DNA from: an uncultured archaeon
GTDB lineage: Archaea > Aenigmatarchaeota > Aenigmatarchaeia > CAZXUR01
DNA length: 43,034 nucleotides
Reading direction: 5' to 3'
NCBI GenBank assembly: GCA_964644245.1
Contig: CAZXUR010000007.1
Location: 1-43,034 of the forward strand
The position numbers and the translations under genes are program-made. Position 1 is the first letter of the stretch. The number at the start of each line of letters is the position of its first letter. Below the pieces are notes generated by a model. The model saw nothing but the letters and a program-made list of their open reading frames with translations. It made no database searches and was not told the DNA's origin. Below are positions 36,557-43,034 of this stretch, in pieces.

Positions 36557-36766
36557 CTAACTTGCGTAGTTACCCTTTAGATAGTAGAGTCGAGCCTTAC
36601 CGATTTCCCGTATCACTATTTTCTCTTCGGCTTCTAGGACCGCAAGGTACTTCAAGGCAGTTATCTTTGATACACCAACTGCCTTGGAGACCTGCTTGGT
36701 GGTAAGACCAAACTCAAACTTGTCCAAAGTCTCTAGGATTTCTTCTTTTGTTTCATTCATTTTCAT
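36557..36766 (-). CDS. Small winged-helix DNA-binding protein (tandem copy B)
   Basis: LTTKQVSKAVGVSKITALKYLAVLEAEEKIVIREIGKARLYYL. Confidence 0.88.
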   Translation of the reverse strand: MKMNETKEEILETLDKFEFGLTTKQVSKAVGVSKITALKYLAVLEAEEKIVIREIGKARLYYLKGNYAS

Positions 36767-36962
36767 ACCTCCCTTTCAAATAATACAATCTGGCTGTGCC
36801 CACTTTGCGGACAACGATTTTTTCCTCCGCAGCCAGTACAGCCAAATATTTCAGAGCGGTGATTTTGGATATCCCGACTGCCTTGGAGACCTGCTTGGTG
36901 GTAAGACCAAACTCAAACTTGTCCAAAACCTTCACGATTTTTGCCTTCGTTTCATTCATCAT
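36753..36962 (-). CDS. Small winged-helix DNA-binding protein (tandem copy A)
   Basis: Start MMNETK at 36962, with ATGA overlap on the giant gene; 51 bp identical to copy B (36877..36927 = 36678..36728). Confidence 0.88.
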   Translation of the reverse strand: MMNETKAKIVKVLDKFEFGLTTKQVSKAVGISKITALKYLAVLAAEEKIVVRKVGTARLYYLKGRYENE

Positions 36963-39900
36963 CCATTCACCGCCGTTATTGTTGCAATACCGTGGCATTG
37001 TCCAGCCACTTCAGTTGCAGGAATCTGTATCTTCCAGTAGAGCATGTCGTAAGCCTCATCAGAGCCGTCATTCTGTCGGTGTTCCAGGTCAAATCCGCTC
37101 ATGGTCGTGGATGAGTCCTGGAGGGCATCACCCGAGTCATAAGAGAAGCTCTCGGTCAAGGAGTAGTGCACGTTGGTGCTGGGGATGTTACCTATTTCTG
37201 TGCACTCCAACTGGCCAGCCGTGCCTTCGGACTCCCACAGGGATATATCCATCTTCTGGTTGCCTGCGTTCCTGACTGTCAGGGATTGTTCTTGGGCGTT
37301 GGAAGACGTGGCTCCCAAGTCCAGGCTGCCGAAATCGACCTTTGACTCGTCGATGTAGATTCCCAAAATGGGTTTGACCGAAGTGTTGGAAGTGTTTGAC
37401 CCCGAGTATCCTGAAGAATCGTATGCAGACATTTTACATGTCCAATTTCCCGGGTCTGCGTAGTATTCCAAAGTGAACTTACACCAGGCGTCGCGCGTGT
37501 TGCCAGCCACCGAGCCCAAACCGCACGAGGCGTTTGTGTACTGGAAGTTGTTATCGTCTGTAGAAATGCCCGTAGAGGAGTTGTAAAAGGTCGCGTTAAC
37601 CGTTGATATATCTGCCCCGCCATCCGCATCGTAGACCGTAGCGTTACACCAAACAACTTTCGTCCCGTAAGGGGTGAGGTCTATCTCACCGGAAGGTGCC
37701 AACAGGTTATCGTCCAAAGTGAGGGTCCTTACTTCCGGAGCGTTTGCAGTACTGACCTCGTAAACCCATTGGTCTGAGGAGTTCCAGTTGTTCGACGTAT
37801 CGTTGGCATAGGCCCTCCACACATAGATACCTGAAGGCAGGTCACTGTAATTGTAATAGACGCTTCCTTCGTTGGACATGGTGACGTTCGTCATGCCACC
37901 GGAAAAGTTGGACTCGAACAGGACTGTGGAGATATCACTGTCCGCATCGCTCCAACTGAGGTTGAACCAATAGGTTTGGCCCGGCGACGCAGGCGGTGTT
38001 GGGTCAGTATCGTTGGAAGACCAGACAGGAGGAGTGGTGTCCGAAATTCCTTCCTGGACTATGACCGTCCTGTTATCACTGTCAAACACCAATCTTCCTC
38101 CATCCAGCCTTATGTTCCACTCGATTATCGCTGGTAGTGTCAGGTTGTTTGTGAAGTCATATTCAATCCCGTTTACCGTGTTGTTCTCTATCAGGCTCTG
38201 GTTCAGCTTCCTGGATTCCCATGTTTGTGTTGTCTTTATGTATGATATGTTTACCTTGTGGACTTCCGGAGTCGTGGTCAGGTTCGAGGTAGATAGGGTA
38301 AAGTTGAATTTCAAGTATCGGGACTCGGGAATGTTTGCTACGTCGTCATAATACACCCAGTCTCCGGACTTATTAGTGGAGTAAGAGACAACTATGCTCG
38401 TGTCTGTGGGTGTGGTGTTAGTGACTACCGATGAGTTCCAAGTTACTGTTTTTCCGGCATCGAAAACCTTGGAAGTATAGTTCCCTTTTACACTATAGGT
38501 CTCTGACTCTTCACCTTCCCAATCATCAAACCAAGGGATGGGATTGCCTGATGTGAGGTTGGCGACCAGTACGTCGCTGTCTACCGGGGTGAATTCTTCA
38601 TTACAATTGCTGTTGTCGTCTGAGTACCAGGTACCTCCAGAGTAGCAAACTCCTATGAAATTGTCCGAGTTACTGCTGTGTGCACTCATTCTCGTGTGCA
38701 CGTTCTCCTCGCTGTACATTATGTATCTGATGCTGCCGTCCTCAGACATCGCGATTCCGTTACCTATGTCAAGGGAGGTGTGATTCACCGTGTTGGAGTA
38801 GAACCAGCAACTGCCGTCCCCACCTGGACAGGTTATGTCTACTTCGCCTCCGTTGTAGCCACCGCCCCATTGGTTGTTGTGCCAGTCCATGTTGCCAGAT
38901 ATGTATCCGGTGTGTATGCCCCCGATGGTTTGCCCACCTCCCCCACTCAGTATTATTTTTCCTTCCGTAGATGTTATGTTCTGGGCGGTACCCTCGTTCC
39001 ATTCCGCTGTGGTGTCAACCGACCAGTAGGAGGTGATGTTTTCAGTCAAGTTGAAATAGAGTTCTGCGGATTTGCAACCAGAATCAACAGAAAAAGGCAG
39101 ATATGTGAAGTTAACTGGATTATCTACGGTCGCTCCTGGGGCAGGCGATTGGAGAGACACATTGGTGGGTGGAGCCTCCTCCTCCGTGTGCAGTTGATAA
39201 GTAGGCTCGGGGGAGCTATGGTTCCTCACCAATATGTAGTCGTAGTAGACGTAGCCACCACCATCAGAGTCTCCTACTATGTGAAGGTGGAAGTCAGTTC
39301 GAGAGGAACCGCTTGCGTTTGTCCAAGAGTCGTTGTAGGAGTCAAAGAATTTGATTTCGTTCCCATCGTGCAGTATTTTTATCCTTACCCAGTCGTTGGT
39401 AGTGATTGGCTGTCCTGAAGTCTCCGCGCCGTTTATCTTTATTGCCTTACAGTTGGGACTGCCAGAACCAACACCATCGTAGAGTATCCAATCTGCGTCT
39501 GTATTATCCCACCACTCAGTGGTCTGGTCAGCCCATCCGATTGACAGGTCGCTGTCATCTGAATAGGAACCGGTCCTCACAAGGGCTTCCACCGAGACTG
39601 GGAAATCGAATAAGTCGTCGGAAGAGAAGTAATGTCCTCCGGTGTTCCAGTCACCGTCCATCCTTATGTAACCGTCAGTCACGGTGACCGCAGAGTCGAA
39701 GTTTGTCCCCCATTTTGTGTCATCGTATAAGGTGCCTGAGAAGTCGTCGAAAAGAAGGAACACATCATCGCCGCTGCTCTCGTTGGTGACTCCTGTTTTG
39801 TTGTAATACATGAAAACCGTTTCGTTTGCATCCTTCCTCAGGTAAGGTATTTTTATCCATACAGATGTTTTCTGGTCAGTTACACTCCAGTTTTCTATCC

Positions 39901-41419
39901 AGTAGGAGACGGGAGACTCCTCGTCCGACGTTTCGTTGTAGTAAGCAAAGCGGACTGCATCCCTGTCGTTGTTCCAGTTAAAACTGGGACCGACGTTGCT
40001 GCTGTCCAGTTCTATGAGAACTGGATAGTTAGTCAGGTTCTCCACACTAGTTGTGAGAGATATGTTTTGTCTGTAGCCCCATTCGGAATAATCCGAAGCC
40101 CAATTTTGGGCTCTTTCTACATCATCCCCAAACCTGAACTCAAGGAAGTGGCTTCCAGAAGTGAGTACCTTAGAAGTCTCAAAACTCACAACTCCACAGG
40201 AATAGTCCGATATGAAGACCGAGTCCCCTCTCCATTGATAATCCAACACCTGGTCTCCACACTTGATTTCCAGGAATTTTAGGTCCCCATCTTCGCTCAG
40301 ATCAGACCAAGTGGTTCCGTCTACAGGGGTTATAACCAAATCGGCAGAACCTTCGGTAGTGAATTTGACTGTCCATTCACCACCAACAGTCGGATATGAC
40401 TTTACGTTTATCACATTTATGTCTCCTCCCGCATATGCAGAGAATTCTGAGACCTGGAATTCTATGTAGTTGCCTTTGTCTTCAAACTCCAAGTTTGTCC
40501 TTTTCCAATTTTTGCAGGAGAAGTCTTCCGGGTCGAAGTCATCGCATCTGTAGACAGCTTCTACATTTCCCTTCTTTTTCAGCTTTACGGTAGCTTTTTG
40601 GAAATCCAACGATGGTGAGACGGCAACCATTTCAGTGCTTATATCCTTGTCATTCGTTTCGTCTATCATCACCGTGGTCTTTTCTGGCAATTCTTTTACA
40701 GAGCCTATCACCAAGGCCTTTTCCTCGCTGAAAAGCCCGAACAGCCAACTTTCAGTGTGGCTGAATTCCAGATTGTAACCGTGTTCGGTCTCAGCCAATT
40801 CATACTGACCTATGGTCTGACCGTCCTTGTTTTTGATTTCTATAACTCTCTGACCATCAGTAGGCAGGGTGGTGGTCGTTCTTTCTGAACTTTCGGTGGT
40901 GGTGACTTGTGTCGTGGTCGTCTGTGAGGTAGTCGTCTCTGTAGAGTCTTGGGCAGCAGTGGTGGTAGTGGAGATTGTAGTTTCGGTGGTAGAAGTAGTG
41001 GTTGAAATAGTCGGGAGGGAAGTGGTCGTGGAAGTAGTAGTGGTAGAAGTGGTGGTCGATGTGGTCGGGACGCCCGGCCTTATTTCGACCGTTTCCCCGT
41101 TGTAACCCCCGACAACGATTCTGAATTTCTGGCTCCAATCCCCTACACGCAATTCTACAATTTCGCCTTTCTCTGCTGTGAGAGAGGATAACTGGTAATC
41201 GCCTATGACCTGGGCCAGTATTTCCTTCGGATTTTGGTGATTATGGTGGAATCCGACTATCAAGTCGTCATCTTCCAGGGATATGAAGTCCACAGACACG
41301 TCAAAGTAAGGACTGTCCTTTACCTTGACGGCCTGCATGTCTGGTGTTGCGCTGACCAGACCCTGTAGAAGGAGTAGTTGAACAACGAAAAGCAAAGAAA
41401 ATGTGAGGCGTTTGTTCAT
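36959..41419 (-). CDS. Giant secreted surface protein with Thr stalk, DUF2341-like domain, Ig-like domains and shared C-terminal domain
   Basis: Signal peptide, poly-Thr region, WGYRQNI...NYPVLI...VRF...SYWIE...VWIKIP...MYY...FDDF (DUF2341-like) and DTTPPVWS. Confidence 0.88.
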   Translation of the reverse strand: MNKRLTFSLLFVVQLLLLQGLVSATPDMQAVKVKDSPYFDVSVDFISLEDDDLIVGFHHNHQNPKEILAQVIGDYQLSSLTAEKGEIVELRVGDWSQKFRIVVGGYNGETVEIRPGVPTTSTTTSTTTTSTTTSLPTISTTTSTTETTISTTTTAAQDSTETTTSQTTTTQVTTTESSERTTTTLPTDGQRVIEIKNKDGQTIGQYELAETEHGYNLEFSHTESWLFGLFSEEKALVIGSVKELPEKTTVMIDETNDKDISTEMVAVSPSLDFQKATVKLKKKGNVEAVYRCDDFDPEDFSCKNWKRTNLEFEDKGNYIEFQVSEFSAYAGGDINVINVKSYPTVGGEWTVKFTTEGSADLVITPVDGTTWSDLSEDGDLKFLEIKCGDQVLDYQWRGDSVFISDYSCGVVSFETSKVLTSGSHFLEFRFGDDVERAQNWASDYSEWGYRQNISLTTSVENLTNYPVLIELDSSNVGPSFNWNNDRDAVRFAYYNETSDEESPVSYWIENWSVTDQKTSVWIKIPYLRKDANETVFMYYNKTGVTNESSGDDVFLLFDDFSGTLYDDTKWGTNFDSAVTVTDGYIRMDGDWNTGGHYFSSDDLFDFPVSVEALVRTGSYSDDSDLSIGWADQTTEWWDNTDADWILYDGVGSGSPNCKAIKINGAETSGQPITTNDWVRIKILHDGNEIKFFDSYNDSWTNASGSSRTDFHLHIVGDSDGGGYVYYDYILVRNHSSPEPTYQLHTEEEAPPTNVSLQSPAPGATVDNPVNFTYLPFSVDSGCKSAELYFNLTENITSYWSVDTTAEWNEGTAQNITSTEGKIILSGGGGQTIGGIHTGYISGNMDWHNNQWGGGYNGGEVDITCPGGDGSCWFYSNTVNHTSLDIGNGIAMSEDGSIRYIMYSEENVHTRMSAHSSNSDNFIGVCYSGGTWYSDDNSNCNEEFTPVDSDVLVANLTSGNPIPWFDDWEGEESETYSVKGNYTSKVFDAGKTVTWNSSVVTNTTPTDTSIVVSYSTNKSGDWVYYDDVANIPESRYLKFNFTLSTSNLTTTPEVHKVNISYIKTTQTWESRKLNQSLIENNTVNGIEYDFTNNLTLPAIIEWNIRLDGGRLVFDSDNRTVIVQEGISDTTPPVWSSNDTDPTPPASPGQTYWFNLSWSDADSDISTVLFESNFSGGMTNVTMSNEGSVYYNYSDLPSGIYVWRAYANDTSNNWNSSDQWVYEVSTANAPEVRTLTLDDNLLAPSGEIDLTPYGTKVVWCNATVYDADGGADISTVNATFYNSSTGISTDDNNFQYTNASCGLGSVAGNTRDAWCKFTLEYYADPGNWTCKMSAYDSSGYSGSNTSNTSVKPILGIYIDESKVDFGSLDLGATSSNAQEQSLTVRNAGNQKMDISLWESEGTAGQLECTEIGNIPSTNVHYSLTESFSYDSGDALQDSSTTMSGFDLEHRQNDGSDEAYDMLYWKIQIPATEVAGQCHGIATITAVNG

Positions 41420-41523
41420 GATGAGCCTCCGGTTGGAATATAGTGGTCAGTCCAAAACATACATCTATTTACAGATTCCTCTGTTCCGGACTTCATTCCA
41501 ATCAACGTCGCGCAACGTTATGA

Positions 41524-41562
41524 GTTTAAACACGATGTTTATACACAATGTTTAAACACAAT
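41524..41562. repeat. Three tandem 13-bp repeats with palindromic core
   Basis: GTTTAAACACGAT / GTTTATACACAAT / GTTTAAACACAAT. Confidence 0.85.
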
Positions 41563-41785
41563 GAATATTTTGAAGTGGTACTATATAAAAGTAAAGATAA
41601 AGGGAGAACTAAGGGCTGAAAAAAACGGTTTAAGAGCTATAAAGACTATTTATAACGTTTTAAACTAAAAAATAGGACTAAAAAAGCAATTTGGGACTTA
41701 ATAACAGTAAAAATGAGCGTTTTATTTTTTTCGTTAACGGCTAGTATAATAAGAAATTTTTATATACTATGCCCCGAAATAGACA

Positions 41786-41802
41786 TTAATGTTAAACATT
41801 AA
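41786..41802. promoter_or_regulatory. Inverted repeat, candidate operator upstream of wHTH gene
   Basis: TTAATGTT-A-AACATTAA with perfect 8-bp arms, between a TATA-like TTTATATA (~41759) and ATG 41814. Confidence 0.6.
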
Positions 41803-41813
41803 GGTCGAAATAG

Positions 41814-42023
41814 ATGGATAACGAGAAAAAGGTCTTGGGTGTTTTGAAGAGGCACAAGTACGGGCTTACCATAAACAAGGTCTCCGAACTCACCGGACTT
41901 CACAGGATAACTGCCTCTAAGTATCTGGCAGTGCTTGAGGCAAAAGGAAGAGTGGTCTTGAGGAAAGTCGGGAAGGCCAAACTCTACTACCTCAAGGAGA
42001 ACTTCACGAAGGTGGAACTATGA
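41814..42023 (+). CDS. Small winged-helix DNA-binding protein (paralog of the 36.5-37 kb pair)
   Basis: YGLTINKVSELTGLHRITASKYLAVLEAKGRVVLRKVGKAKLYYL. Confidence 0.88.
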   Translation: MDNEKKVLGVLKRHKYGLTINKVSELTGLHRITASKYLAVLEAKGRVVLRKVGKAKLYYLKENFTKVEL

Positions 42024-43034
42024 ATATTTTCAAGACAAAGAAGGCCAAAATCGCCACATCACTGATGTTACCTCTTATACTGGTACTCTTGCAGCTGTTT
42101 TTTGTGAGCGTGTTGGCAACTAACATGGTCGTGCTTGAAAACTGTACCAATCCTTCTTGTTACAAATCCAAAGAGTATATTGGAATAACAAAAATGGACA
42201 ATACGGGACTCGGGATTAACTTCGTCGACAAAAAAGGACAGTCAATAGGAAGATATAAATTGATTAAGAAAGGCTCCGAATATGATTTAGACCTTTCGCC
42301 CTCCTCAAGAACAATTCTTGGTTTTTTTGTTGAGGATGATTACGGAGTTGAGATACAAGGGATTAAAGAAAGACCGAAAGGACTGGCGGTGGTAATCGAC
42401 CAAACGCGAGATAAGGGAGTCACGACCGATGCAGTATTTGTAAATAAGTATTTGGAATTCCAAAAGTCGACTGTCCGGCTTCCCAAGAAAGGAGATGTGG
42501 AAACTATTCTCAAATGCAAAGATTTCGATTTCGAGAAATTTACTTGTAAAAACTGGCAACCTACTGACATAAAGTTTGAGGACAAGGGGGACTACATCGA
42601 GTTCCAGGTCTCGGAGTTCTCCGCATATGCGGGAGGAGACATAAACATAATAAACGTGCATAGCCACCCACAGGCAGGGGATAACTGGACTGTGGAATTC
42701 ACCACTGCAGGCATCTCCGACCTTACAATCACTCCTATAAATGGAACGACGTGGAGCACTGACGAGACAGAACAGATGAAGTTCCTTGAAATCGGTTGTG
42801 GAGACCGAGTCTTAGACTACCAATGGATTAACAATTCAGTCTTCATGCCCGACTATTCATGCAACGAAACGGGCTACGAGACGAGCGAGATTCTCGTCGC
42901 AGGAAAACACACACTTGAGTTCAAGTTCGGAGACGATGTTGCTTATGCGTATAACAATCCGACTTATTCAGACAACTCGACCAACTCCACTTTGAGAGGA
43001 CGTCAGATTGAACACCGCCTCAAGTGGCAGGACG
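42020..43034 (+). CDS. Secreted surface protein, paralog of the N-terminal region of 36959..41419; truncated by window edge
   Basis: Not in the ORF track. ATG 42020 overlaps the wHTH stop; MNIFKTKKAKIATSLMLPLILV signal; FEDKGDYIEFQVSEFSAYAGGDINIINV vs FEDKGNYIEFQVSEFSAYAGGDINVINV. Confidence 0.88.
   Translation, partial: MNIFKTKKAKIATSLMLPLILVLLQLFFVSVLATNMVVLENCTNPSCYKSKEYIGITKMDNTGLGINFVDKKGQSIGRYKLIKKGSEYDLDLSPSSRTILGFFVEDDYGVEIQGIKERPKGLAVVIDQTRDKGVTTDAVFVNKYLEFQKSTVRLPKKGDVETILKCKDFDFEKFTCKNWQPTDIKFEDKGDYIEFQVSEFSAYAGGDINIINVHSHPQAGDNWTVEFTTAGISDLTITPINGTTWSTDETEQMKFLEIGCGDRVLDYQWINNSVFMPDYSCNETGYETSEILVAGKHTLEFKFGDDVAYAYNNPTYSDNSTNSTLRGRQIEHRLKWQD

Noticed and set aside
40425-40465. 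VSEFSAY as an HFS-type autoproteolysis motif
   Set aside because: The catalytic His is replaced by Glu in both paralogs, so it is more likely a structural strand.
40865-41065. Low-complexity GTG/GTA repeats as a DNA repeat element
   Set aside because: They encode the poly-Thr stalk of the surface protein.
41524-41562. Tandem repeats as a CRISPR array
   Set aside because: The units are 13 bp with no spacers, and there are no cas genes.

Overview
Archaeal genomic DNA. The archaeal call rests on class III signal-peptide pilins, an archaeal-type TPI, FBP aldolase/phosphatase, TATA-like promoters and GGTGA/GAGGT ribosome-binding sites. The gene repertoire suggests a DPANN-type lineage, which is an inference. 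From left to right the window holds: (1) a surface/attachment block with two pilin-like genes, a 1577-aa Cys-rich multidomain protein, a Ca-binding membrane protein and two Cys-repeat proteins; (2) a flippase/GT2/GT-C-like glycosylation block, interrupted by a 2.6-kb AT-rich cassette between 62-bp direct repeats. The cassette encodes a 48-aa Cys-rich peptide absent from the ORF track and a radical SAM/SPASM-GNAT fusion, a candidate RiPP system; (3) a second AT-rich islet with an endonuclease IV-like gene, a radical SAM lacking SPASM cysteines and a frameshifted thymidylate kinase; (4) a gluconeogenesis-to-glycogen cluster (fbp, tpiA, cupin PGI-like, PGM/PMM, GalT-like, GT3, GH57, GT4, debranching enzyme); (5) a wHTH-MinD-surface protein operon; (6) a surface module in which a small and a giant secreted protein share a C-terminal domain, with two paralogous membrane-anchored chaperone-like proteins, three related wHTH genes, repeated operator-like sites and an inverted paralog running off the right edge. 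No rRNA, tRNA, CRISPR array, integrase or transposase was seen. All family assignments come from motif recognition by eye, not database searches.
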